Part shown: piece after piece, positions 37,138-47,134 of the stretch
Position numbering within the stretch: position 1 is the first letter of the stretch
Layout of the letters: the number at the start of each line of letters is the position of its first letter
Origin: a virus
Taxonomy: Duplodnaviria > Caudoviricetes
Virus record (IMG/VR): IMGVR_UViG_3300046642_000603
Coordinates: 11,904 to 75,903 of that record
Length of the DNA: 64,000 nucleotides
Reading direction: 5' to 3' (one strand)
Program-made: the position numbers and the translations under genes
The notes under the pieces: model-generated
What the model saw: the letters and a program-made list of their open reading frames with translations, nothing else
Database searches by the model: none
What the model was told of the DNA's origin: nothing

Positions 37138-38805
37138 ATGTCCGCGCGAATCGACAGCTACCAGCTCGCCACCACCCTCGCGAAGATCGAGAAGATCAAC
37201 GACCGCGCGGCCAAGCGGGGCCTGTCCGGCCGCCTGGACCTGGACGTGACCGAGGTCGAGGTGAAGACCAAGGACGACCTGGGCTTCGAGGTCGTCGAGA
37301 TCCTGTACGACGTCTTCTTCACGGGCGAGGCGCCCAAGCACAACGGCTGGACCTTCCTCGCCACCCTGGACTGGGACGAGAACGCCGGTCTCATCGTGCG
37401 CACCGCGCCCGGCGTCCACTCCGTCGACCGCGAGGCCGTCCGCGAGGGCGTCTGCGACCACTGCAAGAAGATCCGCACCCGCCGCGAGACCTTCCTCGTC
37501 AAGCACGAGGAGACCGGCGAGGAGAAGCAGATCGGCCGCTCCTGCATCAAGGACTTCCTCGGCTGGGACACCACCGTCGCCTGGCCCACCAGCCCCGCCG
37601 ACGACGACGAGGAGAAGGAGTTCTACGGCATGGGCGGCGGGGACCGCGACGTGTCCACCGAGACCGTCCTCGCCTACGCCTGGGCCTGCGTCAAGGCGTT
37701 CGGTTTCGTCCGCAGCCAGGACTACCACGCCACCCCCACCGTGCGGCTCGTGCGCAACGCGCTCTCCCCCTCCCGCGCCAAGCGTGACCGGGAGTTCGCC
37801 GACAAGATGGCGCCGCTGGCCGGGGAGGCCAAGGGCAAGGCCGCCGAGATCCGCGCGTTCATCCTCTCCGACGACTTCTCCGGCACCTCGGAGTACGTCA
37901 CCAACCTGAAGGCCATCGCGGGCGCCAAGATGGTCTCCTCGCGCAACTTCGGCATCCTCGTCTCCGCCCCGCAGGCGTGGGCCCGCTTCAACGAGCAGAC
38001 CCTCATCCGCAAGCAGCGCGAGGGCAAGCCGTCCGAGTGGATCGGCACCGCGCCCGACAAGGCCGCCGGGGTCAAGGGCTCGCGTATCACCTTCACCGGC
38101 ATCGTGGAGTCCATCCGCTACATCGACAGCGTGTACGGCTCGACCACCCTCTACCAGGTGCGCGCCGAGGACTCCGGCGTCGTCGTGAAGTGGTTCGCCT
38201 CCAGCCACGCGCTGGGCGAGGACACGGGCGTGCGCGTCACCCTCCGGGGCACCGTCAAGGCGCACGACGAGTACAAGGGCACCAAGGCCACCGTCCTCAC
38301 CCGCTGCACCCTCGTCGAGGACCACGTGACCGAGCCGAAGCCGTACGAGATCGACGCGGTCAAGAAGGCCCGCACCCCGCGCAAGAAGGCCGCTGCGGCT
38401 CCCGTCGAGGAGACCCCGGCCCCTGCGCCCGTCGTCGAGGAGATCGCCCCGGAAATCGCCGAGGAGACCCCGCAGAACACCGAGTCGGATTCTGTCGCGG
38501 ACACCACGGCGAACGACGACCAGAATCGCCTGGCGTACTACGCGGGCGGGGCGGACGGATTCGCCCGCTCGATCGCCGAGAACACCGAGGAGGAATCCCG
38601 GTTCCGCGCCCGGATGGATTCCCGTCAGATGTGGGTCCGGCTCGGTGAGGACGTCGAGCTGATGTCCATGGCGGATGCCTTCGACCTGATGGCCCAGGCA
38701 TACGCCGATGGCGCCGAGTGGGTCGACGGGGTCGGCATCGACGCCGCCAACTGGGACGGCCTGCTGCTGGCCATCGGCCAGGCCGCCGAGGCCGCCACCG
38801 TCTGA
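37138..38805 (+). CDS. hypothetical protein with Zn motif and probable OB-fold
   Basis: CDHC..R.R...VG.SC-like motif; RITFTGIV...VTLRGTVKAHDEYKGTKATVLTRC. Confidence 0.75.
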   Translation: MSARIDSYQLATTLAKIEKINDRAAKRGLSGRLDLDVTEVEVKTKDDLGFEVVEILYDVFFTGEAPKHNGWTFLATLDWDENAGLIVRTAPGVHSVDREAVREGVCDHCKKIRTRRETFLVKHEETGEEKQIGRSCIKDFLGWDTTVAWPTSPADDDEEKEFYGMGGGDRDVSTETVLAYAWACVKAFGFVRSQDYHATPTVRLVRNALSPSRAKRDREFADKMAPLAGEAKGKAAEIRAFILSDDFSGTSEYVTNLKAIAGAKMVSSRNFGILVSAPQAWARFNEQTLIRKQREGKPSEWIGTAPDKAAGVKGSRITFTGIVESIRYIDSVYGSTTLYQVRAEDSGVVVKWFASSHALGEDTGVRVTLRGTVKAHDEYKGTKATVLTRCTLVEDHVTEPKPYEIDAVKKARTPRKKAAAAPVEETPAPAPVVEEIAPEIAEETPQNTESDSVADTTANDDQNRLAYYAGGADGFARSIAENTEEESRFRARMDSRQMWVRLGEDVELMSMADAFDLMAQAYADGAEWVDGVGIDAANWDGLLLAIGQAAEAATV

Positions 38806-38818
38806 CCCCGGGCATGCA

Positions 38819-38860
38819 AAAGGCCCCCACCGCGTCCCGCTGGCCGGTGGGGGCCCTGTT
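38819..38860 (+). terminator. terminator hairpin
   Basis: GGCCCCCACCG...CGGTGGGGGCC. Confidence 0.7.
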
Positions 38861-39012
38861 GTGTCCGGCCCCCAGGAGAACACACCCCCGCCGGGGCCGC
38901 TGGTCACAGCTTCATAACGTCTTGTAAATCCATGTGCTCAAAGGGCTTGACAAGGGGTTCCCCCTACGGAAAAGTCAGCGCTCCCACCACACACGTACGA
39001 AGGAGCGACACC

Positions 39013-40164
39013 ATGGACACGATCTCCGGTTACAAGCTGGCGCAGGTCGGCAAGGGCAAGACCGCGCACTACAGCACCGGCAACGACGAGACCGTCTGCG
39101 GGCGCCTGGTCACCACCTACGTCAGCTTCGGCGACGCGGCCAACATGCCGGGCGGCTTCTGCTCCCGCTGCTCCCGCTACGTCGACACGCACGGCGACTA
39201 CCAGGGTTACGACGCGGAGACCGGCGCCCGCTTCCTGTCCATCACGAACCCGCGCCCGGAGGCGGTCGACCTGACCGGCCACTACGAGCCCAACGAGCCC
39301 GGCGCCCGCACCCTGCGCGACGCCCGCCCGCTGCACATCGACGGCAAGCGCGTGACGGTGTCCATCGAGGGCGACCAGCTTTACCTGTACGTCGGCACCA
39401 CGTGGCTTTACAGCGGCCCCATCCCGGCGGAGATCAAGACCCGCGCCGACGTGAACCCCTGGGCCGCCCGCACCGCGCTGGCCGACCCCGCCAAGTGGGC
39501 CCAGGTGGGCGCCCGCATCTCCACCAGCCTCGGCCGTGGCACGGTCACCGGCCGCACCATCTGGGACGACGGCACGTACGCCGTGGTCTACCGCGCCGAC
39601 AAGCGCGACGGTGACGACTGGGTGATCACGGCCGGTTCCGAGCACCTGGGCCGACTGTGCGTCATGTGCGACACCATCGGCGACTCGGACGACGACCCGG
39701 AGTACCCCGCCCGGTTCTCGCGGTTCGGCGCCTACCTGTGCGGCTTCTGCGCCCACGCCTACACCGGCCGCTACGTGGCCCGCATGATGCCGGGCCGTCC
39801 CGAGGACGGCTGGGCGATCTTCGACCGTGAGCTGATCATGTGGACGACCCTCCGCATGACCGAGGACGACGCCAACGCCCGCGCCGAGGAGCTGAACGCG
39901 CGCCAGGAGCCCCAGGAAGCCCCCCAGGGCGGCCGCGCGTCGCTGTCCGGCCTCCCGCTGCCCGTGGTGACCGTTGCGGAGGCCCTGGAGCTGCTGAAGC
40001 CCGTTGCGTACACCCCCGCGCCGACGTCGGTCTACGTGACGACCGAGGGCGGCGAGCGCATCGAGTACGCGCACGTCCCGAGCGGCGACCTGGACCGCGT
40101 CGCGCACTTCCTGGACGCCGCCCGCGCCGTCCCCGCGTTCCGGGACGTGTCCACCACCCGCTAG
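39013..40164 (+). CDS. hypothetical multidomain protein
   Basis: TTGACA promoter, AAGGAG RBS; Cys pairs. Confidence 0.75.
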   Translation: MDTISGYKLAQVGKGKTAHYSTGNDETVCGRLVTTYVSFGDAANMPGGFCSRCSRYVDTHGDYQGYDAETGARFLSITNPRPEAVDLTGHYEPNEPGARTLRDARPLHIDGKRVTVSIEGDQLYLYVGTTWLYSGPIPAEIKTRADVNPWAARTALADPAKWAQVGARISTSLGRGTVTGRTIWDDGTYAVVYRADKRDGDDWVITAGSEHLGRLCVMCDTIGDSDDDPEYPARFSRFGAYLCGFCAHAYTGRYVARMMPGRPEDGWAIFDRELIMWTTLRMTEDDANARAEELNARQEPQEAPQGGRASLSGLPLPVVTVAEALELLKPVAYTPAPTSVYVTTEGGERIEYAHVPSGDLDRVAHFLDAARAVPAFRDVSTTR

Positions 40165-40287
40165 CCCTGGGTCACAACTCTATAAAGACTTGTCCACTGA
40201 TCCCCGAAACTGGCTTTACAAGTCGTAATCGGGGGCTAGTGTGAGCACACAACAACACACCAACCGCCCCGCAACAGGAGGCCCCCA

Positions 40288-41031
40288 ATGCGTACCGCCA
40301 ACGTCCCCGCCCTGACCGTCTCGCCCATCCGCGCCATCGTCGAGGGCTCGCGCAACTTCTGCGCCAAGGCCGGACTGTCCACCCGCGACCACTGGGACTA
40401 CTCCCGCGTCATCGTCGCCCCCTCGGCCGTCGAGAAGATCGCCGCCGCGTACGGGGAACTGCCGTTCATCGACAACGCCGCCCCGGCCGCCTGGCGCGCC
40501 ATGGCCGAGGGCGTCAAGCGGCAGTACGAGTTCATGACCGCCCCCGCGTCGCGTGGCGGCCTCGGCATCGCCGTGAGCGTCGAGGACGCCGACCCCTACG
40601 ACATGGACAAGCAGGGCACCCGCGCGTTCTTCGAGGACGTCCGCAACGGCCGCATGCGCATCCTGGCGACGGCCGCCACGGGCGGGCACTTCTTCTTCGA
40701 CGACGACACGAACGACATGTTCCGCGCCGTGCACGACGTGTTCGGCCACTGCGGCACCGGGCGCGGCGTCGACCGCCACGGCGAGGAGGCCGCGTTCCGT
40801 AAGCACTCCCTGATGTTCTCCCCCCTCGCCCGCAAGGCGCTGGCCACGGAGACCCGCGCGCAGAATCACGCGATGATCGCCGCCGGGGGCGTCTTCCAGA
40901 CGCAGAAGGTCGCCGTAATGCCGCACTGGGCCCGCCAGTTCGAGGCGGTCCGCCCGGCCTCGCTCGCGGAGTACCGCGCCACGTTCAAGCAGGCGCAGAA
41001 GATGCACGCCGCGCAGGGCCTCGCCGAGTAG
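40288..41031 (+). CDS. hypothetical protein with FRAVHDVFGH motif (possible zincin-like fold)
   Basis: HDxxGH...GEE motif; conserved leader upstream. Confidence 0.7.
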   Translation: MRTANVPALTVSPIRAIVEGSRNFCAKAGLSTRDHWDYSRVIVAPSAVEKIAAAYGELPFIDNAAPAAWRAMAEGVKRQYEFMTAPASRGGLGIAVSVEDADPYDMDKQGTRAFFEDVRNGRMRILATAATGGHFFFDDDTNDMFRAVHDVFGHCGTGRGVDRHGEEAAFRKHSLMFSPLARKALATETRAQNHAMIAAGGVFQTQKVAVMPHWARQFEAVRPASLAEYRATFKQAQKMHAAQGLAE

Positions 41032-41104
41032 CACCCGCCCCACACCACGGGGGCCGGGGAAGCGCTCCGGCCCCCTCCCACTCACCCCAGGGAGGCCCCC
41101 CCCC

Positions 41105-41536
41105 ATGCTCCGCACCGTCTACGGCTGCCCGACCACCACGCCCCACCCCGCCCACGACTGGACGGCCGCCCGCTTCGGCCGCGTCTCCTGTGACGGTCTG
41201 GAGCCCGTCCCCGCCACCCTCGCGCAGGACCTGACCGCCCGGTTCCCCGGCGTCCGCGTCTCCCTGGAAACGAACGGTGCAGGGTTCGTGATCCTGTCCG
41301 TTCTGATCGTCCCCAAGGGGGAGCGCAACAACGGCTCCGGCTCGGCCGTCATGGGCGAACTGACCGCCTACGCCGACGCGCACGGCCTGCCCCTGGCCAC
41401 CACCCCTAGCCCCGACTTTGGCGGGAGCGTCCGGCGCCTCACCGCCTTTTACCGCCGGTTTGGGTTCGCGCCCAACAAGGGACGCGCCCGCGACTACGGC
41501 ACGCAGGAAACCATGATCCGCCGCCCCCAGCACTGA
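41105..41536 (+). CDS. GNAT-like acetyltransferase
   Basis: VPKGERNNGSGSAVM..L..YAD; RLTAFYRRFGF. Confidence 0.7.
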   Translation: MLRTVYGCPTTTPHPAHDWTAARFGRVSCDGLEPVPATLAQDLTARFPGVRVSLETNGAGFVILSVLIVPKGERNNGSGSAVMGELTAYADAHGLPLATTPSPDFGGSVRRLTAFYRRFGFAPNKGRARDYGTQETMIRRPQH

Positions 41537-41572
41537 CCAACCAACCCGCCCCACATCAGGAGGACAACCCCC

Positions 41573-42088
41573 ATGCGCATCACGCACACCACCGCCGCCA
41601 TGGTCGCCGCCCACCTCGGCGCCCTCACCCATGAGCGCGTGTCCGTCCAGGTCGGCACCGGCCGCGACGGTCACGGGTACCGCGTCACCGTCTCCGCCTC
41701 CCCGCTGGCGCGACAGCTCACGTGGGATTCCGCGCGCAACGAAGGACGCCAGGCCGTCGCGTACATGCTCGGCGCCGTGGACGCCTACACCGACGGGGAA
41801 GCCTTCGACCGTACGCCGTTCCTGGCCGACCTGCGCCGCGTCCTGGCATGGCGCCCCGAACTGGCCGACTCCCTGGAAATGGGCCGCGAGGATGGCACCG
41901 CCGCCCGCCCCACCACCCCCGCGCCCCTCGGCGTCGGCGACGAATACACCGGCATTGCGACCAACGGTCACCGCATGGTCTACACCGTCGCCGGGTTCTA
42001 CGAGGACGGCACGCCCCGCGCGGCCAACGGGAGCGCGTACCACGCCGACACCTGCCCGTGTGTGACCGAAGCTGAGACCGACTACTGA
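41573..42088 (+). CDS. hypothetical protein
   Basis: conserved leader upstream. Confidence 0.7.
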   Translation: MRITHTTAAMVAAHLGALTHERVSVQVGTGRDGHGYRVTVSASPLARQLTWDSARNEGRQAVAYMLGAVDAYTDGEAFDRTPFLADLRRVLAWRPELADSLEMGREDGTAARPTTPAPLGVGDEYTGIATNGHRMVYTVAGFYEDGTPRAANGSAYHADTCPCVTEAETDY

Positions 42089-42109
42089 CCGCCTGAACGG
42101 CCCTACGCA

Positions 42110-42152
42110 GCCCCTCACCGCCCTTTCTCGGGCCGGTGGGGGGCTTCTTCGT
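42110..42152 (+). terminator. terminator ending the cassette region
   Basis: GCCCCTCACCG...CGGTGGGGGGCTTCTT. Confidence 0.65.
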
Positions 42153-43330
42153 GTTCGCCTCCACCACGGGGATACAGGGCCACCCAGGTAATGCCGTGCT
42201 CCGAGTGCCACCGCTTCCCACGGCACACCGCGTGCAGTCCGTCCGTGCACATCTCACACCGCAGCACGCCCGCTGAGTGCTTCAACAGGCACCCGCGCCA
42301 GCCCGGCTGATATCGGGCCAGGGAGCGCCGTACAGAGCTGTTCAGGGCATGCGCTGCGGCGTCCACCGTGGGGAACTCTCCCCATGCCTGGCCGTACCCC
42401 AACGCGCCCCAAGACATACCTACGCCCATACGTCAAGGGTCCCACCATGCCGACCGCATGGCCAGGGATTCCGGGGCCGGGGGAAGGCTCCCCACTGCTG
42501 CTCTCCCTGGTAGACACAGCACTGACACACGTACGGCCATGCGGTCGCCAGGCTCACAGTCAATACGCCGTAACTCCCTGGCCCCCCTGGTTGTCGAGTT
42601 GCTACAGCGAACCCCACCCCTCCATATGTCGGGGCATATTTGCAGCAACGTAAATCAGCGAATTGGGGTAGTGGCCTCATGAATAACGCCGAATTGCCAT
42701 GCATAATATGCGTCGATCCCAGGGGTTGACAGGCCCAAGGGGGTGTGTATGGGTGCTGGGAGTGGTGCAGGTCACACCAAAAGCAAGGGTGCAGATACTG
42801 AAAGGAAGCGCGAGGCTTGATATTGCCCGGCTCAGGGGATTGACGGGCCGCGTGTCAATAGTGTAGGGCCAATGAATAAATATTCGACCCCCCTACCCTT
42901 AAGTGCAAATTTGCAGAAGCAAAGGGCCTAGACAGCCGCGCAGCGCACCGATTGTGGGAATCGGACAGTGTCACAGTGCCAGGGGAATTCGGGGAATTGG
43001 GGGCACCGGGAACTGGGGGATCAGGGCTTGCGGGGTTCGAGGAAGACGCCGTAGGGACGCTCCTCGTAGGTAGCGTTGCCGTACCTGCGGAGGGTGCCGT
43101 GCACCACGGCGTTGTAGCCCATGCGGCGGGCGGTGGTCGTCAGCTTCCGGGCTTCGTCGAGTGCAGCGGCTCGGGTGCCGCGCCACATGAGTGCATCACG
43201 CAGGTTTCGCATGTATTTAAGCTAAACGGACTCGGTGATTCCGGCAACGCAAACGAGTTGACCAAACAGCTTGACAGGGCGGAGTGTGACCCATAGAGTT
43301 AACCCGTAATTGAGAACGGCGGAAGGGGAG
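42150..43330. other. largely non-coding region with AT-rich core and skew switch; candidate origin or genome terminus
   Basis: no convincing long ORF; AT-rich 42640-42910; several TTGAC elements. Confidence 0.55.
43271..43299 (+). promoter_or_regulatory. sigma70-type promoter
   Basis: TTGACA-N17-TAGAGT. Confidence 0.75.
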
Positions 43331-43335
43331 TTGAG

Positions 43336-43533
43336 ATGGCGCAGGGCAAGGTCACCACCGGCTACACGGTCGAGCCCCGCACGGTGGACGGCAAGCGCAT
43401 CTTCGCGGTCATGCGGGAGTACGTGTACCGGGGCAGCCCGGGGTCGCAGTTGGTCACGATCTACGGGGACGAGGGCGTCGCCGACAGCATCAGCGCGACG
43501 CTCAACGTGAACAAGGGATCGGAGTACCGATGA
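43336..43533 (+). CDS. hypothetical protein
   Basis: GGGGAG RBS after promoter. Confidence 0.65.
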   Translation: MAQGKVTTGYTVEPRTVDGKRIFAVMREYVYRGSPGSQLVTIYGDEGVADSISATLNVNKGSEYR

Positions 43534-43916
43534 GTGACGCACGCGAGCGGTTGCTCGGAATGACGGTCGACCACGCGCACTCGGGCAGGGTTGCATCCCG
43601 CCGGTCGGAGGCCGAGTCGCTGCTGGACAAGGTGATCGCGGCGGAGGCGCGGAGCGCCGAGGTGTACGTCCTGGCCATGAGCGTGGGGCCGGAGGCTGTG
43701 AGCACCGACCTGGAACTGCTCAAGCGGACTGCCGAGAAGAAGGAGGAGTGGGCGGCCTCGGAGTTCGAGTGGCGGCGCGATCCGTACATCGGCTGGACCG
43801 AGCGCCTGCAACTCCACTACGTCTCCAAGAGCACCGGCCGTTGGAACAAGAGCGGGCACTACATCGACAGGGTGAAGGTGCTGGAAAAGGCCGGGCAGGC
43901 GCAGAGCGCCGAGTAG
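43530..43916 (+). CDS. hypothetical protein
   Basis: ATGA coupling. Confidence 0.7.
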   Translation: MSDARERLLGMTVDHAHSGRVASRRSEAESLLDKVIAAEARSAEVYVLAMSVGPEAVSTDLELLKRTAEKKEEWAASEFEWRRDPYIGWTERLQLHYVSKSTGRWNKSGHYIDRVKVLEKAGQAQSAE

Positions 43917-43968
43917 GCTTACCGGCCCCAATTTCGATCATTTAAAAAGCGCGGGGAGGGTTTGGAAG

Positions 43969-44691
43969 ATGGCCAAGCTGAAGGATGACGGCGAGTTCAC
44001 GGTCGAGGGAACGGTCACCATGTGGCTGCCCCTGGAACCGGAGGAGGGCGAGCGCCTGGAGATCAGTTCCTCGCAGACGATTAGCCCCCTCCAGGTGTGG
44101 GTCAGTGTGCACCCGGAGGACGGGCAGTGGGAGTTCGGCTCGATCATTGTGAAGGGGCGTCTGTACCGGAAGGACAACGCGGTCGGCGGGCGCTGGGCCG
44201 ATCGGATGTACTCGGGCCCGCTGGACAAGGACTTCGAGGGACCGGACTGGCTGGTCGCCCTCCTGGAGAGGGAGATCCCCCGGCGCCTGAGCGGCCGGAC
44301 GCAGGCGACAGAGGCCGGTTCGTGTGTCTCCCTCACGGACAAGCAGGTCTACGACCTCAACAACCGGCTGAACTCGAACCTCGGACTCCAGCCGACTCGC
44401 AAGGTGCTGGAGGACGTGCTCGGTACGTCGTCGGCGGCCCCGGCCGAGCCGGTCAAGGAGCGCAGCCCTCAGCGACGCTCCTTCGAGACTGCGCTCAACG
44501 TGCTGCTGATCAAGGAGAACCTGGACGGAGCGGAGTGGGCGCTCCAGCAGATCCTCGACGAGGCCGAGATCCTTGACGGTGGCCCCGGGCTGGGGGACAC
44601 GGCCGTGGCGGAGTACCTGCGCACGCTGGTGGAGAAGGTCAGCGGCGGCCTGGACAAGCGGACGGCCGAGCTGGCCACGCGGGAGAACTGA
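43969..44691 (+). CDS. hypothetical protein
   Basis: ORF with RBS. Confidence 0.7.
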   Translation: MAKLKDDGEFTVEGTVTMWLPLEPEEGERLEISSSQTISPLQVWVSVHPEDGQWEFGSIIVKGRLYRKDNAVGGRWADRMYSGPLDKDFEGPDWLVALLEREIPRRLSGRTQATEAGSCVSLTDKQVYDLNNRLNSNLGLQPTRKVLEDVLGTSSAAPAEPVKERSPQRRSFETALNVLLIKENLDGAEWALQQILDEAEILDGGPGLGDTAVAEYLRTLVEKVSGGLDKRTAELATREN

Positions 44692-44692
44692 C

Positions 44693-45028
44693 GTGATAGA
44701 GCAGAGGGACCTAGAAGAGCAGCTCGCGCTCGATCTGGCGCCGCACGGCTGGGCGCGGGCGCCCCATACGAACGAGGGCAAACCTGCCGCGCCCGGCTGG
44801 AAGGTCTTCCTCTATAACGGCCTGGGCTACGCGGGCCTGTTGTGGTCGGAGCCGGACGACGGTGAGAACGCCGGGGAGGCGGGGTCCAGGCCCCTCGACG
44901 ACGCCGCGATGCGCATCGCGAACATGACCGCGATCCACGAGGTTCTGCTCAGCAGGGGGTACACGGCGGAGCTGGAGGTCGGACTCAACGACACTCCGCA
45001 GATCAGGATCACGCGCATTCCTGCCTGA
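44693..45028 (+). CDS. hypothetical protein
   Basis: ORF directly downstream. Confidence 0.6.
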   Translation: MIEQRDLEEQLALDLAPHGWARAPHTNEGKPAAPGWKVFLYNGLGYAGLLWSEPDDGENAGEAGSRPLDDAAMRIANMTAIHEVLLSRGYTAELEVGLNDTPQIRITRIPA

Positions 45029-45104
45029 CGTCGTACGCGCAGCGTGCGCTGAACAAGGTTGTGCAGGCGCTGGTGGAAGGGAGTTAGTGGATATGGGGGG
45101 CGTT

Positions 45105-45488
45105 ATGAGCAAGAGGGTATTGGCGGCTGTGGTCGTGCTGTTCGCGGTCGCCGGGTGTGGTGGGGCCGGGGGCTCGAAGGGGTCTGCGAAGCCGAGCGCG
45201 TCCAAGTCGGGGTACACCAAGGCGGTGGAGACCTGCTTCGTCGAGGTGATCAAGGCGGTGGACCTGACCTTGAGTACGGCCCAGGGTGCTCCGTCCGGGG
45301 TCGAGACCGAGGAGGAGTTCGCGGACTTCGGGGTGAAGGCTCAGGGGACGCCGACCTGGGACATCTACAAGACGTACGCGGACATGGGTGCCCGGGATCT
45401 GGCGAAGGGGTCGTACGCCACGGCGACCGACGCTGTGGCGGCGTACGCGCCCTCGGTGAAGTTGGAGTGCGTGCGGGCGTACGGCTGA
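45105..45488 (+). CDS. putative lipoprotein
   Basis: MSKRVLAAVVVLFAVAGC lipobox. Confidence 0.75.
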   Translation: MSKRVLAAVVVLFAVAGCGGAGGSKGSAKPSASKSGYTKAVETCFVEVIKAVDLTLSTAQGAPSGVETEEEFADFGVKAQGTPTWDIYKTYADMGARDLAKGSYATATDAVAAYAPSVKLECVRAYG

Positions 45489-45502
45489 CGTAGGGCTGTA
45501 GG

Positions 45503-45600
45503 AGGCCCCTGCCTGGGTGACCGGGTGGGGGCCTTTTTCATGCTTGGAAAGCTGTATGCGGATACCGCTTGACAGTGAATGATCCACGGGGATAGCGTGT
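45503..45600 (+). repeat. terminator + promoter block, duplicated at about 46270-46361
   Basis: GGCCCCTGCC..GGGTGGGGGCCTT.TTCATGCTTGGAAAGCTGT..CTTGAC..GATAG in both copies. Confidence 0.8.
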
Positions 45601-45654
45601 GGATTACGCGGACAGGGGGTCCGCAGGAACGATCCAGAAAGTGGGGGGACACTC

Positions 45655-46203
45655 GTGTCTCAGCCTTACGGTCAGACGCCGCAGCAGCCCTACGGCCAGA
45701 TGCCGCAGCCTTACCCGCAGCCCCAGCCGCCGAAGAAGAAGAGGGGCGTGCTGAAGTTCGGCTGCCTCGGGTTCGTCGGCATCATCGTCATCGCCGGTAT
45801 CGCGTCTGCGGGGGGTGGTGGTAAGGGCGACAACTCGTCCTCCTCTAGCACCTCGTCCTCCTCCAGCGCCTCCTCGAAGGCCCCGGCGCACAAGTCGGCG
45901 CCCCAGAAGAACACGGTTGACGCCTTCAAGGCGTACGCGAAGAAGAACGAGTCCTCGCAGACCAGCGCTGCTGTGCAGCACGTCACGAAGGTGCAGGGAG
46001 GGGACTCGCAAAACGACATCCTCGACGCCGCCGACGTCTACACCAGTTACTCCGGCGGCCTCATGAGCGCCGACACCGGGAAGGCCAAGTTGATCGCCTC
46101 GGCGTTCGCGGACTTCCAGAAGAGCCGGGGCAAGTCCAGCAAGAACGGTCTGGTGACGGTCTACGGCGCGGACGGAGACCTCCTCAGCAACGGTAAGTAC
46201 TGA
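45655..46203 (+). CDS. membrane-anchored protein (Pro/Gln N-terminus, TM helix, Ser linker)
   Basis: QPYGQ repeats; KKKRG + TM segment. Confidence 0.75.
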   Translation: MSQPYGQTPQQPYGQMPQPYPQPQPPKKKRGVLKFGCLGFVGIIVIAGIASAGGGGKGDNSSSSSTSSSSSASSKAPAHKSAPQKNTVDAFKAYAKKNESSQTSAAVQHVTKVQGGDSQNDILDAADVYTSYSGGLMSADTGKAKLIASAFADFQKSRGKSSKNGLVTVYGADGDLLSNGKY

Positions 46204-46412
46204 CGATCGCGGCGGCTCGCCGGGAGGACCTTGGGGGAGGACCGCCTCGGCTGATATGACCACGTGAAGAAGGCCCCTGCCCTGACGGGTGGGGGCCTTC
46301 TTCATGCTTGGAAAGCTGTTTGATGAAACGCCTTGACGAGACCTATCAACTCCGATAGATTCTCATTACTGCTTCGGAAGCCGTAAGTACGAAGCCGTAA
46401 TGAGGAGGAAGC

Positions 46413-46667
46413 GTGGCGCAGAAGAGGGCACCGTTCAAGGCCGGGGACCGCGTCTCGATCATGTACGACCACAGCCTGGCCCCGGGGATCGTGCTCAAGG
46501 TCGAGCAGGGTTCCTCCGGTTCCTGGCGTGGTGACGTCCGGACCGCTGACGGCGTCCTGGAGAACCGCTCCCTCCACTCGGACTACGTCATGAAGGAGTC
46601 CCGCTTGGAGCCGGGGACGCGGACGGCATGGGCGTCGGCCTGGGAGCGCCTGGAGAGCAGGGGCTAG
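46413..46667 (+). CDS. small SH3-like hypothetical protein
   Basis: PFKAGDRVSI; GAGGAGG RBS. Confidence 0.6.
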   Translation: MAQKRAPFKAGDRVSIMYDHSLAPGIVLKVEQGSSGSWRGDVRTADGVLENRSLHSDYVMKESRLEPGTRTAWASAWERLESRG

Positions 46668-46729
46668 CTGATCCTCCGGTCCGGTCCGTCGGCGGATAGG
46701 GGTCGACGGGCCGGGCCGGGTCAGGTACA

Positions 46730-46751
46730 TTACGTCTTCCAGAAGACGTAA
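46730..46751. promoter_or_regulatory. perfect palindromic operator-like site
   Basis: TTACGTCTTC-CA-GAAGACGTAA. Confidence 0.7.
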
Positions 46752-46771
46752 GGAGCAAGGGGGAGTGAGAG

Positions 46772-47134
46772 ATGAACATCCCGATGACGGACGATCCGAG
46801 GTTCGAGCGCCTGCCGAAGTGGGTCAGGGACCGCGTCCACGCGAAGGACGAAAAGATCCAGCGCCTGGAGCAGGAGCTGGCCACGGCCCGCGCGCTGCTG
46901 AACGAGGGGCCGGAGGACGCCACGGTCCGCGTCGACCCCTACAGCGCGAACCGGCGGGCGCTGCACGGCAACCCGACCATCGAGTTCCGGTGGAAGAAGC
47001 CGGGCGAGAAGTTCTGGACGTACTTCCTGGTGCGGCTGGAAGAGGACCGGCGGCTGGAGATCCACGCCAGCAGCAGCGTCGCGATCCACCCGTCGTCCGG
47101 CAACTCGATACGGGCGGAGGTCGTCGGCCGCTGA
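46772..47134 (+). CDS. hypothetical protein
   Basis: ORF with RBS. Confidence 0.7.
   Translation: MNIPMTDDPRFERLPKWVRDRVHAKDEKIQRLEQELATARALLNEGPEDATVRVDPYSANRRALHGNPTIEFRWKKPGEKFWTYFLVRLEEDRRLEIHASSSVAIHPSSGNSIRAEVVGR

Noticed and set aside
42115-42429. Minus-strand ORFs at 42115-42429 and 43021-43212
   Set aside because: Weak codon bias and no recognisable domain; cannot be supported
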